Shown here one piece after another: positions 1 to 9,122 of a stretch of DNA of 32,911 nucleotides (positions are counted from its first letter, which is position 1; every line of letters begins with the position of its first letter). The DNA is from a virus. Taxonomy: Duplodnaviria; Caudoviricetes. The position numbers and the translations under genes were made by a program. Below the pieces are notes generated by a model. That model had not been told where the DNA came from. It did no database searches and saw only the letters and a list, made by a program, of their open reading frames with translations. The DNA lies in the IMG/VR virus record IMGVR_UViG_3300027323_000059, positions 1-32,911 of that record; one strand, written 5' to 3'.

Positions 1-552
1 TTAGTTCTGCACCCCCGTTACTTTTTCGATTTGCACAGTAGGTTCGTATCCCGCAGCAGGAGCCACTGAACAGTATGCGTAGAGTCTTATCGCCATGATT
101 TTCTCATTCGTATTGACTTTTTCAATGATGTCAAGCAGCCAGTCATCAAAGCTTGCCCCTTCTGCTACGCTTTCTTCTGCATCCAGCAGGTCAACCTCTG
201 TGACTCCATCGCTCAGCAGGGCTCTTAGCATGAAATAGAGGGTGCTACCAGAACCAGCGGGGTTATTTGCTATCACGTGTATTGAATGCACAAATGAGAT
301 GAAATCGTTATCCGGGAGCACCTCTTGTTTGAGTGTCAGCGTGGTTTCTGTTACTGTTGCAGAAGTGGTGTTGCCTTTGCTGAGAATTCTTCCAGAGAGT
401 TCTTTGTTCAAGCTCTCAATATCTTTAGCAGTGCTATAATTGAACCAGTTGTCATATTCTGCTATGGGCTGCTCGCCCGCTACGTATTTTGCCGAGCCCG
501 CAGGAGGTTCTTGCCCCGTGTCGTCCCATCTGGTCTTCTGTGTGATAGCCAT
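1..552 (-). CDS. Putative tail fibre / baseplate-attachment protein
   Basis: Directly follows the baseplate wedge genes; N-terminal W..TG.EP...KY..GEQP.A.Y.NWF motif typical of fibre N-termini; GAGGTGAG RBS. Confidence 0.6.
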   Translation of the reverse strand: MAITQKTRWDDTGQEPPAGSAKYVAGEQPIAEYDNWFNYSTAKDIESLNKELSGRILSKGNTTSATVTETTLTLKQEVLPDNDFISFVHSIHVIANNPAGSGSTLYFMLRALLSDGVTEVDLLDAEESVAEGASFDDWLLDIIEKVNTNEKIMAIRLYAYCSVAPAAGYEPTVQIEKVTGVQN

Positions 553-561
553 TATCTCACC

Positions 562-1164
562 TCACAACAGTCCTGCATAAGTCCCCGCGTCGGGGTTCGA
601 GTTTAACAAATCATTATAACCTTTAGCCGGGTCTGATGTCTCAGCAGCAGAGCGGTATGTGAAAGTGCCCTGCTGGTATGTCTCGACGCTTATTCCCACG
701 CCCTTTATCTCGCTGATTAAGTCCTTCAGGTCTTGCACCGTTATTCCAGCGTCATTGAGGTCTTGAAGCCAGACCCAAACGTCGAAGTGCGCATATTTTC
801 CTCCGCTGAAATCCTCAGTGACCTTCACGCGGGAGGTAGGCTTGCCAAGGATTGTTGCCACAACCTGCTTAACATTGTTTATCGTCGCGCTGGAGGTGTA
901 TCTCTGCATCTGTGTCTTGAGCCTCGCGCGGTAGTGGGCATCGCTCTCGCCTGTCAGACGTTTACAATTGAAAAGCTTGCCCAGGTTGTCGAGGTTCTTC
1001 CCAGTGGCGTAATCCACGTGGTGGGCGTTGAGGATGTTCTGGAGCTCTGCCTCTATCTGGTCGAGCTCTTGGGCTGGGATGGAGAGCAGCTTGTAGTTGT
1101 TGCTGCCCTGCTCTCGACGGTATGCGCTTGAGAGCCTTTTGACAAGCCTATCTATCACGCTCAT
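562..1164 (-). CDS. Baseplate wedge protein (P2 gpI / Mu gp48-like)
   Basis: ATG..LD.LG..F...R..GESD..YR.RL motif; overlaps the stop of the baseplate J gene. Confidence 0.8.
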   Translation of the reverse strand: MSVIDRLVKRLSSAYRREQGSNNYKLLSIPAQELDQIEAELQNILNAHHVDYATGKNLDNLGKLFNCKRLTGESDAHYRARLKTQMQRYTSSATINNVKQVVATILGKPTSRVKVTEDFSGGKYAHFDVWVWLQDLNDAGITVQDLKDLISEIKGVGISVETYQQGTFTYRSAAETSDPAKGYNDLLNSNPDAGTYAGLL

Positions 1165-2369
1165 GCACTCGTCACCGTCACCGAGGTTGTGGAGGCGCGT
1201 GCCACCTGAGTCGCGCCTATGGAAATGTTACTCGTGCCAGCAGGTGGCGAGGTGGTGTCTATCTTTACGGTTGCATCCACCACGCCCTGGATGCTCATGA
1301 CGGCTGCAACAACCTTTGCGTAGATTACATCCTCGCCTATCCCGAGTCCGATATGAGTATCACCGTTGGCATCGACTCCCCCGATGTAGTCGATTACGGC
1401 GGTCTGTACCTGAGTATCGCCGTCCGCTGGATAGGTGCTGTCCTTCGTGACCTGCACGTCAACGTAGATTGTCACCTGCTCAGGGCGCTCGAAGTTTATC
1501 GTATACTGCGCGCCGTCGTCCGCAACGGCGATTCCAGAAACAGAGCCATAAGCCTGAATTCCAGCAGGCTTGGAGTCGAAGATTGCTTGCGCGATGTCGT
1601 TATCATCGCCTCCGAGGACGGTTACTCTGAAGGATTTTGGAGGCAAGCCCCCTGTGCCTGTGTTGTCCTGTGTGGTGTCGTTCTCCTCAATTGAGCATGC
1701 TGTTACCCCGTTGACCTTCAGCACCTCAGCGCGAATAGCGTCCAGGGTAGCGTTGCCAGAGATGCTTAGGCTTTGCTTTACCCTTGTGCGGAAAGCTGCG
1801 TCGCTCTCTGTGTCCTGCCCTCCAGAAGTTGCACTGGCGTTGTTCACGCTTTCTATCCCGCTTACTGGGTCAACTATGACTGTGATTGTGTTAGCGGCGA
1901 CGTTTCCCGCTGCCCCTGCTTCCACTGCCTCGATTGGTGCGTCTACGGAGGTGCTCCCCGCTGTGAGGGTCACCGGGTCAGTAGTTTTGAAATAGACTGG
2001 GTTGTCTCCTGCTGTGCTTACCCGTGTTCCTGCAGGTATGAGAATATCGCTACTCGCAGGGGTAGAGCGGGAGAAGGTTACCGTACCCGTGGCTTTAGTA
2101 GCCTGCTTTCTTGTCAATCCAATTAAGGCAACAACACGGTCAAGGTTTACGCCAGTTGCAGTGTCGAGATAACCGCTGTAATATACATCCTCCATTATCT
2201 GCCAGAACGATGCCAATTCTTGGGCTATGTCCCTTAGAAACTTGCTCAGCGGGGAGGAGTCGGAGAGGTCTATGTCCAAGCCATACTCGTTCTTCGCCCT
2301 TGCCTCCATGTCGGCGATAATCTCATTGTAGGTCTTGAGAGTGAAGCCGTTAGAATCTACGCCTGCCAT
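1161..2369 (-). CDS. Baseplate J / Mu gp47-like wedge protein
   Basis: TATG.NLD....GL.R..AT.A.G.V.F, IPAGT.V, A...G..GN, GG.D.ESD..FR.R and KPAGI motifs; 402 aa. Confidence 0.92.
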   Translation of the reverse strand: MAGVDSNGFTLKTYNEIIADMEARAKNEYGLDIDLSDSSPLSKFLRDIAQELASFWQIMEDVYYSGYLDTATGVNLDRVVALIGLTRKQATKATGTVTFSRSTPASSDILIPAGTRVSTAGDNPVYFKTTDPVTLTAGSTSVDAPIEAVEAGAAGNVAANTITVIVDPVSGIESVNNASATSGGQDTESDAAFRTRVKQSLSISGNATLDAIRAEVLKVNGVTACSIEENDTTQDNTGTGGLPPKSFRVTVLGGDDNDIAQAIFDSKPAGIQAYGSVSGIAVADDGAQYTINFERPEQVTIYVDVQVTKDSTYPADGDTQVQTAVIDYIGGVDANGDTHIGLGIGEDVIYAKVVAAVMSIQGVVDATVKIDTTSPPAGTSNISIGATQVARASTTSVTVTSA

Positions 2370-2735
2370 TTACGCCTGCACCTCCGCCGTGACCTGCTCC
2401 CCACTCGTGAGAGTCACTTTCACAGAGATGCTCAGCGTCCTGTTCTCGTCGAGGCTGCCTATTGTGATTTCATCAACAGATTTGAGCCAGGGGTAGAGCT
2501 TGAGCGCCCTGGTAAGCTCAGCTTTGATGACGCGCTCCTTCATGCCACTTTGCTTGATTCTGAGCCAGTCCACGCCGAAGTCCGGGTTCTCGGGGTGCTC
2601 GCCCTTGACGGTCTTGAGGAGCACCCTCAAGTCCTGCTTGACTTTTTCAACGCCTGTGACCATGCCGAGGGTGTTCAGCTCCGTGATAGTTACGTCGCCA
2701 GAAGCGTCGAGCTCCAGAGTAGTGCCATAACTCAT
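2370..2735 (-). CDS. Baseplate gp25/gpW-like sheath initiator
   Basis: Q.L...L.T..GE.P..PDFG motif; 121 aa; immediately upstream of baseplate J. Confidence 0.85.
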   Translation of the reverse strand: MSYGTTLELDASGDVTITELNTLGMVTGVEKVKQDLRVLLKTVKGEHPENPDFGVDWLRIKQSGMKERVIKAELTRALKLYPWLKSVDEITIGSLDENRTLSISVKVTLTSGEQVTAEVQA

Positions 2736-2760
2736 GATGAGAAATCAGCATGCGTGGACT

Positions 2761-2777
2761 TTATAAACCAAAGTCAG
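2761..2777 (-). promoter_or_regulatory. Viral late promoter copy (CTGACTTTGG-TTTATAA)
   Basis: Motif starts 42 nt upstream of ATG 2735 and contains the TGA stop of the upstream gene. Confidence 0.75.
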
Positions 2778-3091
2778 AGCTTAGCCACCACTATGGCGTC
2801 GTTAATGTCAAATCTGCGAGCCGATTTTCCTGTGAGGGGATACTTCGAGAAGACAACGAGCACCCTGTCCCCTTCTCGAAGAGCTTTGCTGATTACCGCG
2901 CCCTGGGCATCGTGGTCGTGGAGGTATTTGAGGTTCTCGGTGAAGGGCACGTCGAAGAGCTCGGTATCCTCGCCGTCCTCAAGGCGAAGGTTGCATGAGT
3001 TGCCACTTACAAGAGTAACCACTGCGGTGCAGGCCGTGTATATGCCCCTGAGCTTCCTCTCTATCCTTTCATCGATGAGCTTTGGGATCAT
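2774..3091 (-). CDS. Short baseplate spike, OB-fold domain only (gpV/Gp138 N-terminal-like)
   Basis: L.DVP, L..GD.VLVVFS and RRFDINDAI motifs; lies between the hub and the gp25-like gene. Confidence 0.75.
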   Translation of the reverse strand: MIPKLIDERIERKLRGIYTACTAVVTLVSGNSCNLRLEDGEDTELFDVPFTENLKYLHDHDAQGAVISKALREGDRVLVVFSKYPLTGKSARRFDINDAIVVAKL

Positions 3092-3900
3092 ACCGCCTTC
3101 ACCTCGAGTTCGCAGTAGTACTCCTCCCCACGTGCTATTTTCCTGTAGCTCACCACTCTGAATAGCCCCGTCGCCTTTATGCTGTCCAGATCAATGATTG
3201 AATCCTGCATGATCTTCCAGAGCATCAGGGTCCTTAGCCTGTAGTCCGCTTCACCATTCTCCTTTCTGATCTTCTGAACTTCCAGCAAGCCGGTCTCAGC
3301 CGTGAGTATGAAAGCTTCCTCATGCCTCGTGTTCTCCTCAACGAAGAAACCCATGCCGTTCTTGACGTAGTGTTTAAACCTCTTCCCGCTTAGCTCCTCT
3401 ATCTCTTTAGCTAGGTAGCTGAGCAGCTCCGATATGCTCTTTTTCCCCGAGGTCCATGTTTGGGTGAACTTTAGCCCTATGTGCTCCACCCTACCCACTG
3501 GCACGCCTGCAAACTCGAAGAGCTTCTCCACGACCTCCTCAAAAGTTGTGCCCCTGGGAACGGTGAGCTTTACCTCTGTTGTAAGGAGATTGGCGGTGTC
3601 GTCCTGGGCAAATATCTGAGTTGCCACATCTGCGCCCTTGAGCTCGTCCACTACTTCTTTGATCACTCCGGAGAAAATGATGCCGTAGTCCTCTGCATAC
3701 CCCGCCTTCAGTGTGATCCGCTCGCTTGGCTTCAGCTTCTGTTTCGTAGTCTCAGCCAAGTTGTAGATGGTTATCTCGGCAGAGCCTGCCTCCTCGCCGG
3801 TGCTGTTCTCTACCACGAACTCTATGTCAAGCTGCTCGCTGGTGATTACCACGTCGCCAACTTCAATAGCTATGTAGCGGTTCCAGAAAGTGCTATTCAT
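3088..3900 (-). CDS. Baseplate hub protein (gp27/gp44-like)
   Basis: A.ITIYNL...T, I.L.AGY...YG.IF.G.I and ETGL motifs. Confidence 0.82.
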   Translation of the reverse strand: MNSTFWNRYIAIEVGDVVITSEQLDIEFVVENSTGEEAGSAEITIYNLAETTKQKLKPSERITLKAGYAEDYGIIFSGVIKEVVDELKGADVATQIFAQDDTANLLTTEVKLTVPRGTTFEEVVEKLFEFAGVPVGRVEHIGLKFTQTWTSGKKSISELLSYLAKEIEELSGKRFKHYVKNGMGFFVEENTRHEEAFILTAETGLLEVQKIRKENGEADYRLRTLMLWKIMQDSIIDLDSIKATGLFRVVSYRKIARGEEYYCELEVKAV

Positions 3901-4192
3901 CCCAGAACACCCATGCCTCGACGTTCTCCTTGCTCAGCGAGTATGGCATAAGGGTAAAGAGCAGCTCGTAGTTCTGAGGGTCTCTCACTTCGTAGGGATT
4001 GAGCTCCACCAGCTTGGAGTTGAATACAACCGCGCCGTCCTCTACTCTGACGATTTTAAGCCTGACAAATTCGCCTAGGGAGTTCCAAGAATAATAGAGC
4101 TGGTAGGCTTTGTCTGCTATCTTCACCCGCTGCTTCTGCGGCAACCCTAAGTTAGATTCGAATGGCAGGACTCCATCAGGCAAAGAGACCAC
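3893..4192 (-). CDS. Small baseplate protein (plug-like)
   Basis: 99 aa with Y.L...WN motif; sits between the Dit-like gene and the hub. Confidence 0.6.
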   Translation of the reverse strand: MVSLPDGVLPFESNLGLPQKQRVKIADKAYQLYYSWNSLGEFVRLKIVRVEDGAVVFNSKLVELNPYEVRDPQNYELLFTLMPYSLSKENVEAWVFWDE

Positions 4193-4706
4193 CCACCCAT
4201 GAGATTAGACTCTCAAGCCAGTTCTTCCCCTGCTCTTTCTGCGGCTTGTTTTGGTATGAGATCTCTTTAGGAGATACGGCTGTATCGCCTCCAGGAGGCT
4301 CTTCTCCTGTTTCTATCTCCGCACTCGTGGCTGGGTCCTCAAATTTGACCACTCGAGTCTTGAGCTCTGCTCGCCTGATCTGCTTGATGCGGATCTCTGC
4401 TTTGTATGCGTTTACTCCCGCCGGCGAGAGGTCAAAGCTGGTAATCACCATATCGTCGAGGTCTTCCAGCTCTGATTCAAACCTCACCAGCTGCTTGGAC
4501 TCGTAGAGCTTCCTGAGCGCTTCAAGTTCCTTGCTATCCTTAAAGAGCATGACAGAAATAGAGAACTCCTTCGGCTCGAGAATGATGTGATCTGCTACTG
4601 AGAACTGGCGCTCAGTGCGGTGTTCTGGTACCTGTGCGCTTTGGCTGAGGTCGAGGACCTGCGTGGCCGTGAGTTCCACGCCGCCGAGCTTTATGATCTC
4701 TGGCAT
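4176..4706 (-). CDS. Tail tube initiator / Dit-like baseplate protein
   Basis: VPEH..E....V.DH...EP motif and 'DMVITS...I.IKQIR'; directly after the tape measure gene. Confidence 0.78.
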   Translation of the reverse strand: MPEIIKLGGVELTATQVLDLSQSAQVPEHRTERQFSVADHIILEPKEFSISVMLFKDSKELEALRKLYESKQLVRFESELEDLDDMVITSFDLSPAGVNAYKAEIRIKQIRRAELKTRVVKFEDPATSAEIETGEEPPGGDTAVSPKEISYQNKPQKEQGKNWLESLISWVGGLFA

Positions 4707-4732
4707 GATAAAAAAATCAGAGAGACGGGAGG

Positions 4733-4749
4733 TTATAAATCGAAGTCAG
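4733..4749 (-). promoter_or_regulatory. Viral late promoter copy (CTGACTTCGA-TTTATAA)
   Basis: Motif starts 43 nt upstream of ATG 4706. Confidence 0.7.
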
Positions 4750-4768
4750 AAAATTTCCCGTGAAATAT

Positions 4769-6517
4769 CTAGCTATATGCGAGGAGTCTCTGTATCTTCT
4801 TTATGGCTAAATCCGCTGCTTTCTCGGGATCGCTTACGCCTTTGATGACCACCGCACCAGGCTTGATCTCTATTTTTCTCTGGTTCACTGTGGTTGTCCT
4901 GGTCACTGTCGTGGTGGAAGCTACCAGCTCTCTCGGCGAGGGAACCAATCCGCCAGCTGCGAGTTCCCTTGCCAATTTCACCCCGCCTATCCCTGGCATG
5001 AGATAGCTTGCTATTCTGATAAATGGTTTGATTCTCTCATAAGCGTTTGTAAGAACATCAATCAACCACTGAATCTTAGAGCTTACCCATTCAGCAGCTT
5101 TGCCCAAATATTCTCTCAATCCTCTGGCCAATGAGGTTACTATGGCTCTGAATTTATCTGACTTAAACCACAGTGTTGTTAGAATTGCTCCTAATGCCAG
5201 TAGCCCGATACCAATTGGTCCTAAAGCTGTCCACAAACCAATAGCAGCAACTCTCAGCAAATTCAGAGCGCCGCCAAATAATTTGGTTGCGATATTGGCG
5301 GCACTTAGGGCTTTAGAGTAGATAAACGTAGCCGCTGTAGATGCAAGCATGACAATTCGATTAGTTTTAAGAGCTACAGTTAGCCCGTTCGTCTGAACTG
5401 AAGCCCAAAAAGCTTTGATGCCTAGAACGCCCAAGGCGGTGCTAACTGGACCCGCAATGATGCCTAGAGCGCCCAACGCAGAGGCTAATATAAGCCCCGC
5501 TGCGGCGAACTCTTTTAGCAATGGCACTTTATCAAGAGTGCGCAGGAGCTGTGCAAGAATAGAAGCAGCTTTACCTACAGCTGGATATAAGGTTTTCCCA
5601 AGTTCAGTAGAGAGGTCATCTATCGCTGCACGTGCGGCCATCATCTTACCGATGTTTTCCTTCATTATCTCATTTTCCTTCCCTAACTTATCTGCCATCT
5701 GCTCCTGGATTGCAAGCATTATGACCCTTTGCTTCTGCTCTGCATTAAGTTGTGACAGCCTTTTGCCATAGAGTTTAAGGGCGATGTGGTTGACTGCGTT
5801 CTCTCTTAGCTGTAATCCGATTCTCTCTGCAAGTTCCGCCTCTCCATATTTCATCGCCCTTACCATGGCAATGAAGGCAAGTTGTAAGTCCTCACCAAAC
5901 ATTGCTGCAGCAGATTTTGCATAGGGAAGAAGGGTCTCAAGTTCTTCTCTGGTGAGACGGTTGGCCTTAGCATAGGCGAGAGTTGCTGCGATATCAGACT
6001 TCGAAAAAAGCCCTCCCTTATTTTTTTCAATCAAAGATAGATAATATTCATACTCTTCTGCATTATCAGCAGTGAGCGCCCGCAGAGTTGCTAAAGATTT
6101 CTCGTACGTTTGTGCCTTCCAGAGTAGCCCACTCATAGTAGCGGTAGCTGCAACTCCCATTGCTTTTAGTTGTTGCGCATGTTCCCTTGCAAACCGCCCT
6201 ACCTTTCTAAGTTCTGGTGCTAATACCTCCCTTTTATACTGTTTAACTTTCCATTTTAGATTTATATAAGCTTGGGCAAGCTTTTTGACTGCCCTATTAT
6301 GTTGCTGAGATACTCTAATAATGTCTTTTTCAATTGTATCCATTTCTCTAAAGAATTTAGCTACACTCCCCATTTGCTTGCCTAATTTTTCCGCGCTACT
6401 ACCCACTTTCTGGAATTGTTTATGCACTGCATCAGAACTTTTCATTATTTTCAACATCTTCCCAGATGCGGTGTCATGAAGTCCGATCCTAAGAAAGAGG
6501 TCTCTTACTGAAGGCAT
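4769..6517 (-). CDS. Tail tape measure protein
   Basis: 582 aa, Ala/Leu/Gly-rich and helical; N-terminal 'L.LRI...D.AS'; hydrophobic segments, 'LGPIG' and W/F-spaced repeats; upstream of the Dit-like gene. Confidence 0.88.
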   Translation of the reverse strand: MPSVRDLFLRIGLHDTASGKMLKIMKSSDAVHKQFQKVGSSAEKLGKQMGSVAKFFREMDTIEKDIIRVSQQHNRAVKKLAQAYINLKWKVKQYKREVLAPELRKVGRFAREHAQQLKAMGVAATATMSGLLWKAQTYEKSLATLRALTADNAEEYEYYLSLIEKNKGGLFSKSDIAATLAYAKANRLTREELETLLPYAKSAAAMFGEDLQLAFIAMVRAMKYGEAELAERIGLQLRENAVNHIALKLYGKRLSQLNAEQKQRVIMLAIQEQMADKLGKENEIMKENIGKMMAARAAIDDLSTELGKTLYPAVGKAASILAQLLRTLDKVPLLKEFAAAGLILASALGALGIIAGPVSTALGVLGIKAFWASVQTNGLTVALKTNRIVMLASTAATFIYSKALSAANIATKLFGGALNLLRVAAIGLWTALGPIGIGLLALGAILTTLWFKSDKFRAIVTSLARGLREYLGKAAEWVSSKIQWLIDVLTNAYERIKPFIRIASYLMPGIGGVKLARELAAGGLVPSPRELVASTTTVTRTTTVNQRKIEIKPGAVVIKGVSDPEKAADLAIKKIQRLLAYS

Positions 6518-6541
6518 AGAAAACTTTTTTATAGGCCCTAT

Positions 6542-6558
6542 TTATAAAATAAAGTCAT
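6542..6558 (-). promoter_or_regulatory. Viral late promoter variant (ATGACTTTAT-TTTATAA)
   Basis: Motif starts 41 nt upstream of the TMP ATG 6517 and overlaps the start of the divergent gene at 6557. Confidence 0.65.
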
Positions 6559-6784
6559 GGGGGTAGCTACTGGATACACAGTTGGTTTTATTCTGCTATG
6601 GTTGGTAATAATCACAATAGTGGATGCACTTACATCAAATACTCTAATACTGTGGGCGGTGGCATACGGATTAATTGGAGTATATTTTGCGGGTTTATTT
6701 AAAATTAGCAAAAGTTCAGGGATTGCGGGAAGTGTAGTTTTTATAATCATTCTAACTGTGGCTCTTATACTTAAAGTGTGGTGA
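6557..6784 (+). CDS. Small membrane protein (about 3 TM helices)
   Basis: 75 aa and almost entirely hydrophobic; first gene of an AT-rich insert. Confidence 0.7.
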   Translation: MGVATGYTVGFILLWLVIITIVDALTSNTLILWAVAYGLIGVYFAGLFKISKSSGIAGSVVFIIILTVALILKVW

Positions 6785-6789
6785 AAAAT

Positions 6790-7401
6790 ATGTCAGAAAA
6801 GTTGGTCTCTTCAAAAGATGCTCAAAAAATTATGGAAGAAATCAAGGAGAAAGCAAAAGATGAGGATACACATTTGGAATGCTTAGACTTGATAAAGCGA
6901 CATTTAGATACACTCCCGATTGAAGCTTACTTCATAGCAAAGGAACTCTCAAAATCAGATGACATTTCAATAAAAGAAAAAGCAAAACAAATTTTGAGTG
7001 AATATCATGAAAAATACCCTGAGCTTGATAGATTAGAAAAAAGTTTGGCGAATACTATGGCAGCTATTTCGTCAATCTCTAAAACAATATCTCTATATAG
7101 AGAGCTTCAAATTCCTGTTCTAAAAACTTTGAAAATCGCTCAGCAATTCGCAGAAGTCCATCAGAATTTAAGCAAAGTCTTACCCAAAATAGAAAAATTA
7201 CAGCTACAATATGAGAAACTACCAATTTATTATACAAGTTATCGCACAGACAGGTTGGCGAATATTGAGGCGAAATTGGATGAGATATATCAAGAAATAC
7301 AAGAATTAAAAAAAGCTAGGAGTATTGATAAGGAGGAATATGAGAGATTAAAAAAGAGACTGAAAGAGCTAGAGGAAGATGTGGATAAAGCATATCAGTA
7401 A
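6790..7401 (+). CDS. Hypothetical helical / coiled-coil protein
   Basis: Long AT-rich ORF; GGTGA RBS before ATG 6790; heptad-rich C-terminus. Confidence 0.75.
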   Translation: MSEKLVSSKDAQKIMEEIKEKAKDEDTHLECLDLIKRHLDTLPIEAYFIAKELSKSDDISIKEKAKQILSEYHEKYPELDRLEKSLANTMAAISSISKTISLYRELQIPVLKTLKIAQQFAEVHQNLSKVLPKIEKLQLQYEKLPIYYTSYRTDRLANIEAKLDEIYQEIQELKKARSIDKEEYERLKKRLKELEEDVDKAYQ

Positions 7402-7648
7402 TAACCCCGATGCCCAGGACTGCAACATCAACGTGATTGCCAAGGCTTTGCAGACAACCGAACAATAAATTTTATATATCAAAGAGTTGGTGTAACTATA
7501 CGAAAGTATAGGTATATACAATATACAATAAACATATACGGTGATATGGGTATAAGTTATGATAGATGATAGAGATATAGGTATATGATATAGTTGGGTG
7601 GGCGCAAAAAGGTGAGGTAATTAATGATGTAAGGTTGGAGGCTAATAC

Positions 7649-8404
7649 ATGGCGTCCGTTAATGTTGTTTCTGTTTATCATCCAAAAATTGGTGTGTATC
7701 ACCCTTCTGGACCATCTTTTGGCAGACCCAGTAAAGAGGAATTTATTAGAGAATGGAAAGCACTGCCATTCTTTAAATACAATGAACTTGAAATATTCGA
7801 AGAAGAGACTTTAAACAAAGTAGACAAAATGTTAAAAGAGATGGAACCTTTTATTATAAAATATTCTGATTACATTGAGATCACAGTTAAGACCATGGGA
7901 TCTAAATACAACATGTATGACCATATTACAAAATTGCATTACGAAAACTTATTCAAAGATTATGCTCATATTTATGGATTTGAGTATGTTATAAAATTTG
8001 CCCATTTATTATATATTGATGATTCCATTATAAGATTCTTTCCAGAATTAGAAATAAAGCCTAAAATCCCAACACTTAAGTCGATAATAATTGCTGGATT
8101 ATATGACGAAATTTTTGATTGGGTATTTGCTATGGAGAAGATATATAGGTTCTTTATTCATAGAAGAGATAAAAACTATGTAATAAAAACAATAGATTGG
8201 CTTTATGAGGAGGCTCCTAAAGTTATAGAAACTGCTATAAATAATGGTTGGTATCTACCTATCTCCCCAACCAGGATTACCTCAACAAATACAGATAGAC
8301 TTAAGAATAAAATTATTACAAGTTGGAGAAGAAACAGAAATGTGAGTCCAGGGTTACTAGTAGAATATTTCTATTCTGTAGAATTGGGGAGGTTTAATGA
8401 GTAG
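7649..8404 (+). CDS. Hypothetical protein (251 aa, AT-rich insert)
   Basis: GGAGG RBS; long ORF in AT-rich DNA; no family recognised. Confidence 0.75.
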   Translation: MASVNVVSVYHPKIGVYHPSGPSFGRPSKEEFIREWKALPFFKYNELEIFEEETLNKVDKMLKEMEPFIIKYSDYIEITVKTMGSKYNMYDHITKLHYENLFKDYAHIYGFEYVIKFAHLLYIDDSIIRFFPELEIKPKIPTLKSIIIAGLYDEIFDWVFAMEKIYRFFIHRRDKNYVIKTIDWLYEEAPKVIETAINNGWYLPISPTRITSTNTDRLKNKIITSWRRNRNVSPGLLVEYFYSVELGRFNE

Positions 8405-8939
8405 ACACTTAAGTTTTGTTATTAAAGAGATTGATAAGATAGTTGAAAAATTAAGGAACGAAATTGAAACACGATGGAAAGAAGTCTATATGAATTTATC
8501 CATTAGAGGTTTTTTTTACGACGAGAAAAAGATAGTACTTGAGAACTTTGAGTTTTTTGATTATGAATCAAATAAAATAGTCAATAAATTTTTTACCAAT
8601 ACGAAACTCGAAATAGTCTTCCATCCAGTGGGGAGATCGCCTCGATCAAGAAAATATATACCTGAAAAAATGTTTGAAAGTATTTCAATGGTTTTAGTGT
8701 GTGGTAATGGGGCTACCATACCCTACAAGTGGGAACCTAGAGGAGGGGAATATGGGACCCTAAAGAAAGATGATCGTATAATAATGTCTGAAGGTATGAC
8801 AGCATTCGAGGCAATTCAATTGATTTTGGAAGATGTGTGTAGGCGTGAAATTTCTCAAAATTGGAAAGACAAATCAGAATGTAAACAACCTTCAGAATAT
8901 CATTTACAAAAAATAGCACAATTTTACAATAATGAATAG
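8397..8939 (+). CDS. Hypothetical protein (180 aa, AT-rich insert)
   Basis: GGGAGG RBS; overlaps the previous stop; no family recognised. Confidence 0.75.
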   Translation: MSRHLSFVIKEIDKIVEKLRNEIETRWKEVYMNLSIRGFFYDEKKIVLENFEFFDYESNKIVNKFFTNTKLEIVFHPVGRSPRSRKYIPEKMFESISMVLVCGNGATIPYKWEPRGGEYGTLKKDDRIIMSEGMTAFEAIQLILEDVCRREISQNWKDKSECKQPSEYHLQKIAQFYNNE

Positions 8940-9122
8940 CTAAGAAAACCTGAACGTGTGTCCCTCTGAGCTATCAATAGTAATTGCCTTAACTTTTTCA
9001 TGCTTCTGCTTGAAATATTCAAGCCACTCTAAAACACGGTGAATGGGCAGCTTATTGACCCTTTCCAATTCTAAGTCGCCGAATTGTTCAGCTAAAAAGT
9101 AAAGATGAAACTTAGATTCTAC
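8940..9122 (-). CDS. Frameshift extension of the tail assembly chaperone (gpGT-like T part, 60 aa)
   Basis: Open -1 frame VESKFHLYFLAEQFGDLELERVNKLPIHRVLEWLEYFKQKHEK...RFS* begins at a slippery A-run and has no start codon of its own. Confidence 0.78.
   Translation of the reverse strand, partial: VESKFHLYFLAEQFGDLELERVNKLPIHRVLEWLEYFKQKHEKVKAITIDSSEGHTFRFS

Noticed and set aside
6538-6750. Minus-strand 70-aa ORF upstream of TMP
   Set aside because: It is antisense to the hydrophobic plus-strand gene and runs over the TMP promoter.
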